A DNA stretch of 52,514 bases from Patescibacteria group bacterium. Lineage in GTDB: Bacteria; Patescibacteriota; Patescibacteriia; GWA2-46-9. Positions 8,634 through 22,678 of this stretch are shown here, piece after piece. The notes beneath the pieces were generated by a model. The model saw only the letters and a program-made list of their open reading frames with translations. It was not told where the DNA came from and searched no databases. The position numbers and the translations under genes were made by a program. The stretch is from NCBI GenBank assembly GCA_041675205.1, contig JBAYUF010000002.1, forward strand, positions 134,568 to 187,081, written 5' to 3'. Every line of letters starts with the position of its first letter. The first letter of the stretch is position 1.

Positions 8634-11600
8634 ATGTATACAGAACCAACACAAGGAACCGCTTCCGACTTTGCCGCCATTCGATTGAAGCTGGCTTCAC
8701 CAGAAGCGGTGCGACGCTGGTCGCACGGTGAGGTCACAAAGCCAGAGACGGTAAACTACCGAACGCAAAAGCCAGAAAAGGAAGGTCTCTTTTCGGAACG
8801 AATTTTCGGTCCTTCAAAAGACTGGGAATGTTACTGCGGCAAGTACAAGAAGATTCGGTACAAGGGCATTGTCTGTGATAAGTGTGGTGTTGAGGTAACG
8901 AGAGCCGTTGTTCGACGTGAACGGATGGGTCACATTGAACTCAAAGCGCCAGTTTCACACATTTGGTTTCTGCGTGGCGTGCCATCAAAAATTGGTCTTA
9001 TGCTTGACCTTTCCATGCAGAATTTGGAAAAAGTCATTTACTTTGCCAACTTCATTATTACCGAGGTTGATGAAGGATTGCGTGAGGCAACTATCGAGCA
9101 GGTGAAGCAGGAGTACCAGGCGAAGCGTCGGTCTATTGAAGCTGACTATCAGCACGAGGTAAAAGACGCGCAGGGTGACGGGACGAGCGAAAAGAGAACA
9201 GCTATTGCGAAGGTTCGCGATGAACGATTGGCTGAACTTGAGGAAGTATTTGCTCTCGCAGAGCGTGAACTTCGAGATTTGAAGCCGATGCGCATTATTT
9301 CCGAGAGCACGTACCACGACCTTTCCCTTAAGTATGGTCATGTCTTTACGGCTGGCATTGGTGCCGAAGCGGTGTACAAATTACTTTCTGAAATCGACTT
9401 GCCAGCGCTTCGTGAAACGATGGAAGAAGAGATGGAAGAGGCTGGTGGTGCACGGGCCGAGAAGTTGACTCGCCGAATGAAGCTCTTAAAGAGTTTTATG
9501 CAGAATCATTTGCGACCAGAGTGGATGATTATTACCGCTCTTCCCGTTATACCTCCGGATCTTCGGCCAATGGTGCCGCTTGATGGTGGTCGTTTTGCAA
9601 CTTCTGACTTGAACGATTTGTATCGTCGAGTTATTAACCGTAACAACCGTTTGAAGCAGCTGGTTGAGTTGAACGCGCCGGAAGTTATTACGCGGAACGA
9701 GAAGCGTATGCTTCAAGAAGCGGTTGATGCGTTGATTGATAACTCTGCTCGTCACGGTAAGACAGTCATGGCTGCCACGGGGCAGAAGCGAAGCTTGAAG
9801 TCATTGGCCGACATGCTGAAAGGGAAGCAGGGTCGATTCCGCCAGAACTTGCTCGGTAAACGTATCGACTACTCTGGTCGTTCCGTTATTGTGGTTGGTC
9901 CAACATTAAAGATGCATCAGTGTGGGTTGCCAAAGCGAATGGCGCTTGAATTGTTCCGACCATTTGTTATTAGCAAGCTTATCAGTCGTGAATTGGTGCA
10001 TAACGTGCGTTCGGCGAACCGATACATTGAAAGTGCTCGACCAGAAGTGTGGGACATACTAGACGAGATTGTGGCCGATGCATTCGTTCTATTGAACCGC
10101 GCGCCAACCTTGCACCGTCTTGGTATTCAAGCCTTCCGTCCAATCCTGGTTGAAGGGAAAGCTATTCAATTGCACCCCCTCGTTTGTCCGGCGTTTAACG
10201 CAGACTTTGATGGTGACCAAATGGCGGTACACGTACCACTGACAACAGAGGCTCGACGTGAAGCAGCTGAATTAATGCTCTCGTCTAAGAACCTTTTGAA
10301 GCCAGCACATGGCGAACCAGTGGCCAGCCCGAACCAAGATATTGTGTGGGGTCTCCACTACCTCACCACTGTGGACGAAGATGAAGCAACCGCCAATAAA
10401 CGACTGTTTGGTAGCCCGACCGAAGCAATTACCGCGCATGACCTTAAGGTTGTTGGGCTTCGTCAGATGCTAACGGTCCGCTTATTGTCCGGTGAAATCG
10501 TTGTTACCTCAGTTGGACGATTGCTCTTCAATGAGGTGATGCCAGAGAGTGTTGGCTTTATGAACGAAGTCATGGATAAGCGCACGCTCGGAAATGTCGT
10601 CAAGAAAGTGATTGAACTTGAAGAAGTAGACAGAGCCGCGCAACTACTTGATGACTTGAAGGATCTTGGGTTTGCTTATCTGACGAAGTCTGGACTCTCG
10701 TGGAGTATGGGGGATATTCCTTCACTTCCTGAAAAGCCAGAAATTATTGAGGCGGCCCACAAAGAAGTTGATGAAGTGCAGCAGCAGTATGCCGATGGAT
10801 TGTTAACGAATGACGAGCGTCACAGTCAGGTGGTGCAATTGTGGACCAGCGCCAAAGATAAGGTCGTAGCGCTCTCGAAAAATATTCTGCCAAAGGGTAG
10901 CTCGGTTTACACTATGGTTGAGTCCGGTGCCCGTGGGTCGTGGGGGCAGCTTACACAGATTGTTGGTATGAAGGGGCTTGTGACCAACCCATCTGGGGAT
11001 ATTATCGAACTGCCAGTTACGGGTAACTTCAAAGACGGGTTTGACGTACTTGAGTACTTCATTTCAACCCACGGTGCCCGTAAAGGACTTTCTGATACTG
11101 CGCTTCGTACCGCTAACGCCGGATATTTGACTCGTCGGTTGGTCGACGTGGCACAAGACGTCATTGTCCAGAGCACTGATTGTGGAGACCAAGAGGGCTT
11201 GGTTATTACTCGAGAAGAAGCCGCCAGTACCGGGCAGACGTTAGAGGAAAAGGTGGCTGGTCGAGTTGTGCTGGAACGGGTAATGAAGCCAGGGACTCGA
11301 AAGGTTATCGTCAAAGAAGGTGAACTGATTGGCTCCGATGTATTGGCTGAGTTGATTGAAGCGAAGGTAGATTCAGTACGAATTGCCAGTATCATGACGT
11401 GCAAAATGGGTCGTGGCGTCTGTGTTAAGTGCTACGGATTGGACCTTGGGTACAACCGTCCAGTTTCGCTTGGTACGGCTGTCGGCATCATCGCGGCTGA
11501 GTCTATTGGTGAACCTGGTACACAGCTTACTATGCGTACGTTCCACACTGGGGGAGTGGCTGGTCAGGACATCACGCAAGGTTTGCCACGAGTGGAAGAA

Positions 11601-12356
11601 CTGTTTGAAGTGCGACCACCAAAGCGTAAAACCTTCTTGGCTGATGTGGCTGGTGTTGTCTCAATAACCACCCCGAGCCGCGAAGCGAATCCGGATGCAC
11701 CTCGTGGTCAGCGGTTGCTCCGCATTGTGAGCAATGAACCCGTTCCTGACGCTGACCCAGAGATTGGTGAAAACATTCGGGAGATTATTATTCCGCCAGG
11801 GTATCGGTTGCTTGTTAATGACGGCGCTACCGTGACTGTCGGTGAGCAACTGACGGATGGCAGTAATGATTTGCAGCAACTTTTCCGCTTGCGTGGGCGT
11901 CTTGAAACGCAGCGCTACATTATTCGAGAGATTCAGTACATCTACTCTTCCCAGGGTCAGAAGCTAAACGATAAGCACGTGGAAGTCATTTGTCGGCAGC
12001 TCTTCTCACGAGTGTATGTTACAAACGCCGGCGACTCTGACTTACTCCCTGGAGAAATCGTTGAGCGTGCGCAGGTGATGGATGCGAACGCCGGCAGTTC
12101 AAAAGATTTGGTTGAGTACGATGAACTTTTGTTGGGTATGACAAAGGCGGCACTATCAACGAAGAGTTTCCTCGCCGCGGCGTCCTTCCAAGAAACCGCT
12201 CGGGTGCTCATTAACGCCGCAACGTCTGGGCGCGTGGATAGACTTGAGGGTCTAAAAGAAAATGTCTTGATTGGTCGCCTCATTCCGGCAGGGACTGGTT
12301 TCCGAGATAAACACATGGCAGTAGCACCAGCACCGGCACTTCCGGCTGCAGAGTAG
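8634..12356 (+). CDS. rpoC: DNA-directed RNA polymerase subunit beta'
   Basis: Zn finger [20 protein letters not shown] catalytic motif, [11 protein letters not shown]. Confidence 0.99.
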   Translation: MYTEPTQGTASDFAAIRLKLASPEAVRRWSHGEVTKPETVNYRTQKPEKEGLFSERIFGPSKDWECYCGKYKKIRYKGIVCDKCGVEVTRAVVRRERMGHIELKAPVSHIWFLRGVPSKIGLMLDLSMQNLEKVIYFANFIITEVDEGLREATIEQVKQEYQAKRRSIEADYQHEVKDAQGDGTSEKRTAIAKVRDERLAELEEVFALAERELRDLKPMRIISESTYHDLSLKYGHVFTAGIGAEAVYKLLSEIDLPALRETMEEEMEEAGGARAEKLTRRMKLLKSFMQNHLRPEWMIITALPVIPPDLRPMVPLDGGRFATSDLNDLYRRVINRNNRLKQLVELNAPEVITRNEKRMLQEAVDALIDNSARHGKTVMAATGQKRSLKSLADMLKGKQGRFRQNLLGKRIDYSGRSVIVVGPTLKMHQCGLPKRMALELFRPFVISKLISRELVHNVRSANRYIESARPEVWDILDEIVADAFVLLNRAPTLHRLGIQAFRPILVEGKAIQLHPLVCPAFNADFDGDQMAVHVPLTTEARREAAELMLSSKNLLKPAHGEPVASPNQDIVWGLHYLTTVDEDEATANKRLFGSPTEAITAHDLKVVGLRQMLTVRLLSGEIVVTSVGRLLFNEVMPESVGFMNEVMDKRTLGNVVKKVIELEEVDRAAQLLDDLKDLGFAYLTKSGLSWSMGDIPSLPEKPEIIEAAHKEVDEVQQQYADGLLTNDERHSQVVQLWTSAKDKVVALSKNILPKGSSVYTMVESGARGSWGQLTQIVGMKGLVTNPSGDIIELPVTGNFKDGFDVLEYFISTHGARKGLSDTALRTANAGYLTRRLVDVAQDVIVQSTDCGDQEGLVITREEAASTGQTLEEKVAGRVVLERVMKPGTRKVIVKEGELIGSDVLAELIEAKVDSVRIASIMTCKMGRGVCVKCYGLDLGYNRPVSLGTAVGIIAAESIGEPGTQLTMRTFHTGGVAGQDITQGLPRVEELFEVRPPKRKTFLADVAGVVSITTPSREANPDAPRGQRLLRIVSNEPVPDADPEIGENIREIIIPPGYRLLVNDGATVTVGEQLTDGSNDLQQLFRLRGRLETQRYIIREIQYIYSSQGQKLNDKHVEVICRQLFSRVYVTNAGDSDLLPGEIVERAQVMDANAGSSKDLVEYDELLLGMTKAALSTKSFLAAASFQETARVLINAATSGRVDRLEGLKENVLIGRLIPAGTGFRDKHMAVAPAPALPAAE

Positions 12357-12391
12357 CGTCCCCCGTTTTGCCGTGATATAGTTCAGCTACT

Positions 12392-13177
12392 ATGGAAGGC
12401 AAAAAAGTACTCATCGTTGAAGATAACGAAACACTGCTACAGGCTTTGGAACGAAAGCTTGTAGGGTACGGGTACATCGTTACCAAGGCAAGAGATGGGG
12501 AAGAGGGGCTGCGGGCCATCACCGAAACTTCGCCAGACGTGGTTTTGCTGGATATTCTCATGCCAAAACTTGATGGTTTTGCTGTGCTTGAGAAACTGCA
12601 TAGCGACGGCATCATACCGAAATTGCCAATCATTATTATCTCGAACTCCGGTCAACCAGTTGAGATTGATCGAGCGGTAAAACTTGGGGCCCGAGATTAC
12701 CTCGTAAAGGCAGAATTTGATCCAGAAGAAGTCGTTGAAAAAGTACGAGTCGTGCTCGGCGAGCCACCAGTGGTTGCTCAGGCAGCCGTTGTGCCGACAG
12801 CCACTGCGCGACGCATTCTTATTGTTGAAGACGATCAATTTTTACGTGATTTATTAGAACGTAAATTGAAAGCCGAAGGATTCATTGTTGAAACTGCTAT
12901 CGAAGGAGAAGCAGCGCTGGCTGTTGCCGAGAAAACCATGCCCGATCTTATCTTGCTAGACATTATTCTTCCCGGTATTGATGGCTTTACAATCCTCGAA
13001 CGACTGAAGCAATCGCCTGCCATGGCTGGTATTCCGGTAATTCTACTCACGAACCTTGGTCAACGCGATGATGTTGATAAGGGTTTGAAGCTTGGTGCCG
13101 TTGGTTATTTGGTGAAGGCGCACTTTACACCAGGCGATATTGTTGAGAAAGTTCGTAGCACTCTGCAGATTGGTTAA
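12392..13177 (+). CDS. Response regulator made of two tandem receiver (REC) domains, no output domain
   Basis: Two repeats of IVEDN/IVEDD..LLDI(L/I)(M/L)P..DG..GA..YLVKA. Confidence 0.9.
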   Translation: MEGKKVLIVEDNETLLQALERKLVGYGYIVTKARDGEEGLRAITETSPDVVLLDILMPKLDGFAVLEKLHSDGIIPKLPIIIISNSGQPVEIDRAVKLGARDYLVKAEFDPEEVVEKVRVVLGEPPVVAQAAVVPTATARRILIVEDDQFLRDLLERKLKAEGFIVETAIEGEAALAVAEKTMPDLILLDIILPGIDGFTILERLKQSPAMAGIPVILLTNLGQRDDVDKGLKLGAVGYLVKAHFTPGDIVEKVRSTLQIG

Positions 13178-13178
13178 T

Positions 13179-13412
13179 ATGCAGGTTACTATTTACACGA
13201 CGAGCACGTGCCCGTATTGCAAGTTGGCGAAAGCTTTTTTTGTAGCGCACAACGTAGCATTTACAGAGAAAGATGTAACGAGTGATCACGCCGCGCAGCA
13301 AGAGATGATAGAAAAATCCGGAGTCATGGCCGTACCAGTTATTGTCGTTGACAGTGAAATTGTCGTGGGATTCAAAGAAACAGAACTTACCCGATTACTG
13401 GGGCTTTCGTAA
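13179..13412 (+). CDS. Glutaredoxin / NrdH-like redoxin
   Basis: CPYC active site and VPVI cis-Pro motif; ATG 13179. Confidence 0.92.
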   Translation: MQVTIYTTSTCPYCKLAKAFFVAHNVAFTEKDVTSDHAAQQEMIEKSGVMAVPVIVVDSEIVVGFKETELTRLLGLS

Positions 13413-13414
13413 GT

Positions 13415-14929
13415 ATGGAAATATTGGCCATTCGAGGAATGGCAACCCAATACGAGACGGATGTAGTGGTTGTTGGCTCCTTTGAAAAAGAAAAAAAATT
13501 AGTTGGTGCGGTGCGTGATATTGACCGAATTTTGGCTGGTCGAATCACTGCTGCTATAAAGCGATATGATTTTTCTGGGAAGAAAGGCGAAAGCATTTTG
13601 ATTCCTTCGCACGGGATTCCCTCACACACGGTGTTACTTTTGGGACTTGGTCAGCGTCGTAATTGGGATGCTAGTGTACTTAGAGAGTTAGCAGCCAGTA
13701 CGGCGAAGCGCACTGGCCAAGAACGAGCGAAGCGAATTGCGTTCGCAGTGGAGCCGTTTGGCGGTAGTCGCGCTATTGAACGAAGCGCTGCTGCTATTAC
13801 TGAAGGGGTACTTCTCGGAACCTATAAGTTCGATCGGTACCATGGTAAGGAAACAAAAGTTGAAGTAGAGAAGCGACTCATTACTACGGTGGCGGTACTT
13901 GTTGGATCTGATGCTCAGAAGCGCCAGGCTACGGCGGGCATTATTAGTGGCCAGCGCAGTGCTGCGATGACGTGTTATGCCCGAGACCTTGTTAACACTC
14001 CTGCCAGCGATATGACGCCGCAGCATTTGGCGGCCGTTGCTCGTGAGATTGCGAGCAAGAAAAAATCGCAAGTTACCGTTCGTGTTCTGGATGCTGCTGC
14101 CGCAAAGAAACTCAACATGGGGGCTTTCCTCGCTGTGGCAAAAGGCTCAGATGAGGCACCGCAATTTATACACCTAACATATACGCCAAAGCGGTCAGGC
14201 AAATTAAAAAAAGTATTCTTTGTTGGTAAGGGTGTTACGTTTGATTCTGGTGGGTTGCATGTTAAGCCGTGGGGGTACATGGAAAATATGAAAATCGATA
14301 TGGCCGGTGCGGCGGCGGTGCTAGGATTATTCTCTCGTATTGATGAGTTGGCACCACGGTGTGAAGTGCACGGCATAATCCCAGCTGTTGAAAATATGCC
14401 TTCAGGCAAAGCCGCGAAACCGGGTGATGTTGCCATGACCTTATCGGGTAAAACGGTAGAAATTTTGAACACTGATGCTGAAGGTCGCCTCATTTTGTGT
14501 GATGCGCTTGGTTATGCGGTACGAGAAAAAGCAGATTACATTGTAGACCTCGCAACATTAACCGGTGCGTGCGTCGTGGCGCTGGGTGAAGAGATTGCGG
14601 GGATGTTTGGCAATACGAGCGCGTTCACCAAAATGGTAATGGCGGCTAGCAAGGAAGTTGGTGAGCCGCTATGGCAATTGCCGCTTCCTGGTCGGTATAA
14701 AGAGCTTTTGAAGAGTAAAGTAGCCGATTATAGAAATACAGGAGACAGATGGGGTGGAGCTATCGTAGCTGCTTTGTTCTTGCAAGAGTTTGTTGAAAAA
14801 ACACCATGGGTGCACCTTGATATTGCTGGACCAGCTTGGGCGGAGCGCGAAACGCAACCCTCGGTGCCACTAGGTGCTACTGGTTTTGGGGTACGGACGC
14901 TGGAGGCTTTGCTGGCGACGTTGCGGTAA
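13415..14929 (+). CDS. pepA: Leucyl aminopeptidase (M17)
   Basis: VGKGVTFDSGG, MKIDMAG, NTDAEGRL, TLTGA, WVHLDIAG. Confidence 0.97.
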   Translation: MEILAIRGMATQYETDVVVVGSFEKEKKLVGAVRDIDRILAGRITAAIKRYDFSGKKGESILIPSHGIPSHTVLLLGLGQRRNWDASVLRELAASTAKRTGQERAKRIAFAVEPFGGSRAIERSAAAITEGVLLGTYKFDRYHGKETKVEVEKRLITTVAVLVGSDAQKRQATAGIISGQRSAAMTCYARDLVNTPASDMTPQHLAAVAREIASKKKSQVTVRVLDAAAAKKLNMGAFLAVAKGSDEAPQFIHLTYTPKRSGKLKKVFFVGKGVTFDSGGLHVKPWGYMENMKIDMAGAAAVLGLFSRIDELAPRCEVHGIIPAVENMPSGKAAKPGDVAMTLSGKTVEILNTDAEGRLILCDALGYAVREKADYIVDLATLTGACVVALGEEIAGMFGNTSAFTKMVMAASKEVGEPLWQLPLPGRYKELLKSKVADYRNTGDRWGGAIVAALFLQEFVEKTPWVHLDIAGPAWAERETQPSVPLGATGFGVRTLEALLATLR

Positions 14930-16526
14930 CTGGAACTACTTGCACGCTTGACGAGCGGCGAAGCGCCGCTTTTATTTTTTGCTCAACTTTTCGAGCCTGA
15001 AGAATTTTCGTTGGCGATAGCTCTGTTAGATCAGCTTCTCGTTCGTGCGCCGCATAGAGTACGGTATACATTTCTGGCAATAAGGAACCCATCAGTTCAT
15101 CTACCGTAACAGAACGAGCTATGGCAGCGTAGTGTTCATGAGGTGCTGCATTTTCGTCAATCGCCAGATCAATACCGGTTGCCGGCGTAAGTGAAGCATC
15201 GTCATTTTCCAGGTAGGCGAGAACTAATCCATCACCACCTAATTCTTTTGTTTGCACAACAGCAACCGCCGCCGCTTCCTCGTGCTCAGCCATAAATGTT
15301 AGCAATGATTGCCAGGCTCTTTTCGTTAGCGTTAAATCGTGGACTTGGCAGAAACCACCAAGACATTTCATGCCGTAGTATAAAGACACCATGATGTAAC
15401 AGGTAAGCATGCTCGGAAAAATTTTTTTTGCCTTGAGAGCAGTTCGAATAGCTTCGGGGTTCCATGGTACGATCGGCAATCCATTTGGCAACGTAAGTGA
15501 ACCGTTTGCAATCTGTAAACTTACCCGACGATGTTTCTCGTCAATTCCCCAGAAGAAGCAAGTGCCGGTACCCTTCGCCTGAGAGAATGCGCCCGGTATT
15601 CCGTCAAAACAGTTCGTCGCTTCTTCGCGAACCCGGTCGTCAAAGAGCATGCGGTAGAGGAGGGAGTCTGCATTGATGAGGTGAACCTCTTGAAGGAGGG
15701 TTGCAACAATTGATTCAATATCAATATAGATGAGATCCAGCGGTTGGGATCCGAATAGTTTTGGCCAAAGTGCAAAGTTAATTTTTGTTATTTGCGTGGA
15801 GAAGTCCGGTGCGTTTAGTACGTCTGGGTTTGCAAAGATTTCTCCTAATATTTTTTTCGCCGCCGTTGCACGAGGAATGGTTAGTGCGCCACCGCGTGCC
15901 AGCGCGTCGAGTCTCGCACATGCCCGATCGATGTCAGCAGCCGTAAATGGTTCTAAGTCGTAGACAACACTCATTTTTAAGCGATCTGGGAGTATAGGTA
16001 TGCGAATGAGTTCGTGCTGCCCGGCTCGTTTGCCATTGAGCAAGATGCCTCGAGGATAGGCTGAGGCATTATTTACAGAGACACTGGCAAATGAAAAAAC
16101 GACCGCCGCACATAAGTCAGGGTCGTCCGTATCCATCACAGGGAGACTGGAGATGAGATTAGCGTTAACGAAGAAAGGGTGGTCGATTGGTCCGTGATGA
16201 TCGATCGTTGAAATGAGCGCCTTACTTCTTAATTGCAAAGCGACACGTTTGCCAACGCTAGGATTGATTCGTTCAGCGACGAGTTTTTCGACAACGGCAA
16301 TGAGTTCTTCTTTGCGTTCATCGAGACGTGGGGCAGGGTTCACGTCAAGAAAATCGCGGGCATATTCATAGAGTGTCTTAGCCCCGTGGCGATCCATTAT
16401 TTCACCAAGAATCGGGCGCCGCTGCCATATGGCTTGACGGAGTCTGTGTACGGCTTTAAGAATTTTTTGTACTGCGTCGGCGTTTTGGTCGCGTCCAAAT
16501 GCCTCAGTGTCATCAGGAATATCCAT
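14877..16526 (-). CDS. Hypothetical protein, ~549 aa, function not recognised
   Basis: Long uninterrupted ORF with globular composition; the start could alternatively be 16544. Confidence 0.8.
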   Translation of the reverse strand: MDIPDDTEAFGRDQNADAVQKILKAVHRLRQAIWQRRPILGEIMDRHGAKTLYEYARDFLDVNPAPRLDERKEELIAVVEKLVAERINPSVGKRVALQLRSKALISTIDHHGPIDHPFFVNANLISSLPVMDTDDPDLCAAVVFSFASVSVNNASAYPRGILLNGKRAGQHELIRIPILPDRLKMSVVYDLEPFTAADIDRACARLDALARGGALTIPRATAAKKILGEIFANPDVLNAPDFSTQITKINFALWPKLFGSQPLDLIYIDIESIVATLLQEVHLINADSLLYRMLFDDRVREEATNCFDGIPGAFSQAKGTGTCFFWGIDEKHRRVSLQIANGSLTLPNGLPIVPWNPEAIRTALKAKKIFPSMLTCYIMVSLYYGMKCLGGFCQVHDLTLTKRAWQSLLTFMAEHEEAAAVAVVQTKELGGDGLVLAYLENDDASLTPATGIDLAIDENAAPHEHYAAIARSVTVDELMGSLLPEMYTVLYAAHEREADLTELSPTKILQARKVEQKIKAALRRSSSVQVVPVTATSPAKPPASVPQNQ

Positions 16527-16666
16527 AGTAAATCGCTCCCTCAAAGGAGCGTGGTATTTTCCTCGTGATTATTTGCTGTATCCTGGCAAAAAAAGGGTGT
16601 TTAGTCAAGGCTTTCGGGGTATTTTGAAGGGTCTTTTGAATCCATCAGCTTACACCCTGAAAACCC

Positions 16667-16694
16667 TTGACAGGCCGGAAACATTCGGTATAAT
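16667..16694 (+). promoter_or_regulatory. Consensus sigma70 promoter upstream of the 23S-5S unit
   Basis: TTGACA (16667-72), 16 nt spacer, TATAAT (16689-94). Confidence 0.85.
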
Positions 16695-16802
16695 TAGCCA
16701 AGTTAACTGTGGATATTAACTAACGCCTCTCTATGCAACATCGCCTAATAACTTCTCTCCAAACGGACGGCTAGAGACATTACCGGCGTTGCAGGTGTCT
16801 CA

Positions 16803-16826
16803 ACCGCCCTTCGGCGGTTTTTTTGT
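16803..16826 (+). terminator. Intrinsic terminator-like hairpin inside the rRNA leader
   Basis: aaccgcc-cttc-ggcggtt followed by a T run. Confidence 0.7.
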
Positions 16827-17019
16827 CCCTTCTTTTTTTAAATCTCACCGCTCGTTGTTCCTGGTGCAGCGACTCGTCGACGCCTTGCGCGTCGCGGTCG
16901 CTGCAGCGGGTGGAACGGATAGCAACTTGAAAATTTCATAGTCCAATGCAAGCACACGGATGAAGACGCATCTTCACATAGATTAATTGCAGTTTTACTG
17001 GATGCTGATGAATATCAGC

Positions 17020-20156
<3,137 letters not shown>

Positions 20157-20255
20157 GCTGATGTGCGTCCACATCCAGCATGACTGTAATTTTTTTGATG
20201 CGTCAGACAGACGCGTGCTTGCATTGTGTTTTCACTCCAGCCGTGGGCTGCAGTG

Positions 20256-20364
20256 TCCTGGTGCTTCTAGCGGTGAGGCCACACCTGTTCCCATTTCGAA
20301 CACAGCCGTTAAGCTCACCAGCGCCGATGATACTCTTTCAGGGGAAAGTAGGTCAGCGCCAGGA
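20256..20364 (+). rRNA. rrf: 5S rRNA (~109 nt)
   Basis: TCCTGGTG..CACCTGTTCCCATTTCGAACACAG..CGCCGATG..AGTAGGTCAGCGCCAGGA, flanked by an extended stem gtgggctgca/tgcagcccac. Confidence 0.95.
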
Positions 20365-20379
20365 CAGTGCAGCCCACAA

Positions 20380-20407
20380 AAAACAGCAACCACTCGGTTG
20401 CTGTTTT
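20380..20407 (+). terminator. Terminator of the 23S-5S unit
   Basis: aaaacagcaacc-actc-ggttgctgtttt. Confidence 0.8.
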
Positions 20408-20473
20408 CGTTGTCTTCGGGCGCGCCCGGTAACCTGCCAAACATTGGTTTCTCTGCTAGTATAGCTAAAACAT

Positions 20474-21238
20474 ATGAAGCAACAGAAAAAAATTGGCGTT
20501 GTTCTTTTGGCTGCTGGTAAAGGTAGCCGTATGGGTTTGTCTATCCCAAAAGTGCTTGTGCCTGTTGCCGGGCAGCCTATGATTCTACGCGCCGTAGGGG
20601 CGATCGAAGAAGGCGCGTTTGGAATGAAGCCTGTCGTGGTCGTTGGATATAAGCGTGCACAAGTTGAAAAAGCCGTTGGTAGCCGGGCACTCTATGCTGG
20701 GCAATCAAAGCAGCTTGGCACAGGGCACGCCGTTGCTACAGCGATGCCGCTTTTGAAAGGAAAGGTTAATCAGGTCATCGTGGCTAATGGTGATAGTCCT
20801 TTTCTCACTGCAGCTGTGCTGCGTAAGTTGTCGGCTATGCAACTACGGACGGGGGCAGCCATGGCGCTCGCCACAGCGCTTGTTCCTAACTATAGGGGTG
20901 TCCAGCGTATTTTTTCGAAGTGGGGGAGAATTGAACGTGATACAACTGGTCGTTTCGTTCGTCGCTGCATTGAGTATAAGGATGCAACAGCTGGAGAGCG
21001 ACGAATCCGCGAAGTAAATTGCGGTCAGTATTGTTTCAATGCGGCATGGCTTTGGCGCACACTACCGAAATTACAGCGTAAAAATGTACAGCGTGAATAT
21101 TATTTAACGGATCTCATGGCACTCGCTGTTGCTGATGGTGAGCGAGTTGTGCCACTGGTACTTAAAGATTGGCGCCACGGGGTCGGCGTCAATACACAAG
21201 GTGAAGTATTGCTTGCTGATCGGTTGGCGAGGCAGTAG
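20474..21238 (+). CDS. GlmU-like nucleotidyltransferase, N-terminal domain only
   Basis: LLAAGKGSRM..PKVL, QLGTGHAV, EVNCG.Y.F, QREYYLTDL; no left-handed beta-helix domain. Confidence 0.85.
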   Translation: MKQQKKIGVVLLAAGKGSRMGLSIPKVLVPVAGQPMILRAVGAIEEGAFGMKPVVVVGYKRAQVEKAVGSRALYAGQSKQLGTGHAVATAMPLLKGKVNQVIVANGDSPFLTAAVLRKLSAMQLRTGAAMALATALVPNYRGVQRIFSKWGRIERDTTGRFVRRCIEYKDATAGERRIREVNCGQYCFNAAWLWRTLPKLQRKNVQREYYLTDLMALAVADGERVVPLVLKDWRHGVGVNTQGEVLLADRLARQ

Positions 21239-21246
21239 CGCTACGT

Positions 21247-22518
21247 ATGATTTCGACAATTGGAAATACAGTTCTTGATTTACATATTCATTCAAAATTT
21301 TCTCGCGCCTGTTCAAAAGATCTTCTGCTTCCGAATATTGCCGCCGCCGCAGCTCGCAAAGGCATCACGCTCATGGGGACGGGAGATTTCACGCACCCTG
21401 GGTGGTTTGCCATGATGGAACAAGAACTGACGCAGACTAGCAGTGGTTTTTATGAATGTAAGGCAGCCAAAACCGTACGGCCGGTTCAATTCGTTCCCAC
21501 TGTTGAAATTGCTTGCATCTATAAAAAGAACGAAAAAGTTCGCCGTTTACATGTGTTGGTTGTTGCGCCCGATCTTTCGGTCGTAAGGAAAATTAATATC
21601 GCCCTAGCAGCAATTGGTAATCTAAAAGCAGATGGGCGACCAATGTTGGGGCTCGATGCGAAGCGTCTGCTAGAAATTGTGCTGAGCATTTCAGAAGCAT
21701 GCATGTTTATTCCGGCACACGTCTGGACGCCGTGGTTTTCAGTCTTTGGTTCAAAATCGGGCTTTGATAGTTTGGAAGAATGTTTTGAGGAACTAACGCC
21801 ATATGTCACTGCCATAGAAACGGGGCTTTCGTCGGACCCGCAGATGAACTGGCAGATTTCTCACTTAGACAAAGTAACCTTACTATCAAATTCAGACGCG
21901 CATAGTCTGGATAATCTGGGCCGTGAGGCGACAGTACTTACTGGCATGGATTGGACCTACGACGCGCTTCGTCATGCTCTTTCAAATACACAGTCAAACA
22001 AGATTGTTGGTACCATTGAATTTTATCCTGAGGAGGGGAAGTATCACGTTGATGGTCATGCAATGTGTGGTGTACGGTTATTACCTGACGAGACTCGACA
22101 GTTGCAAGGCGTATGTCCGAAGTGCGGGCGATCCGTTACCGTCGGCGTTCTTAGCCGAGCGTCTCAGTTAGCAGACCGTATGGTCACTGAACGACCAAGT
22201 AGCCGGCCAGATTATGTTTCTATTGTGCCACTGAGAGAAATTTTGTCAGAAGTAATTGGCGTTGGGAAACATTCAAAAGCAGTGGCGCGAATCTATGAGC
22301 AGTTGGTGCCAACGGTGGGGACTGAGTTCGAGGTTCTCATTGACGCGCCGCTCGCTCGCATACAGGCGGCTACGTCGCCTGCCGTAGCTGATGCGGTTAA
22401 TCGCGTCCGACGAGGTGCAGTAACCATAACGCCTGGGTACGATGGTATTTTTGGCTCTATTAGCCTGTATGGTTTAGAAGGTCCGCCTGGTCCGGCAGAA
22501 AAAACTATTTTTGGGTAA
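21247..22518 (+). CDS. PHP-domain endonuclease Q family protein
   Basis: DLHIHSKFSRACS, GTGDFTHP, PAHVWTPWFS, SNSDAHS, PEEGKYH.DGH..C, CPKCG, PGYDG.FG. Confidence 0.88.
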   Translation: MISTIGNTVLDLHIHSKFSRACSKDLLLPNIAAAAARKGITLMGTGDFTHPGWFAMMEQELTQTSSGFYECKAAKTVRPVQFVPTVEIACIYKKNEKVRRLHVLVVAPDLSVVRKINIALAAIGNLKADGRPMLGLDAKRLLEIVLSISEACMFIPAHVWTPWFSVFGSKSGFDSLEECFEELTPYVTAIETGLSSDPQMNWQISHLDKVTLLSNSDAHSLDNLGREATVLTGMDWTYDALRHALSNTQSNKIVGTIEFYPEEGKYHVDGHAMCGVRLLPDETRQLQGVCPKCGRSVTVGVLSRASQLADRMVTERPSSRPDYVSIVPLREILSEVIGVGKHSKAVARIYEQLVPTVGTEFEVLIDAPLARIQAATSPAVADAVNRVRRGAVTITPGYDGIFGSISLYGLEGPPGPAEKTIFG

Positions 22519-22550
22519 GCAAAAAGAGCTCCCTAGGGAGCTCTTTTTGC
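22519..22550. terminator. Bidirectional terminator (perfect 32-bp palindrome)
   Basis: gcaaaaagagctccctagggagctctttttgc between convergent genes. Confidence 0.9.
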
Positions 22551-22567
22551 TGTGAGGACAGAAGCGG

Positions 22568-22678
22568 TTATCGCTTCTTTGCCTTCTTCACAGTCTTCTT
22601 CTTCTTAGGAGCGGCCTTGCGCTTTGGTGCCGCCTTCTTCACTGTCTTTTTCTTTGCTGCCTTTTTCTTTGCTGCCAT
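22568..22678 (-). CDS. 36-aa Lys/Ala-rich histone H1-like peptide
   Basis: MAAKKKAAKKKTVKKAAPKRKAAPKKKKTVKKAKKR, preceded by GGAGGTGA SD and followed by a terminator. Confidence 0.75.
   Translation of the reverse strand: MAAKKKAAKKKTVKKAAPKRKAAPKKKKTVKKAKKR

Noticed and set aside
5911-12316. Antisense and alternative-frame ORFs within rpoB/rpoC (e.g. 5911..6714 minus, 267 aa)
   Set aside because: Shadow frames of highly conserved genes with no motifs.
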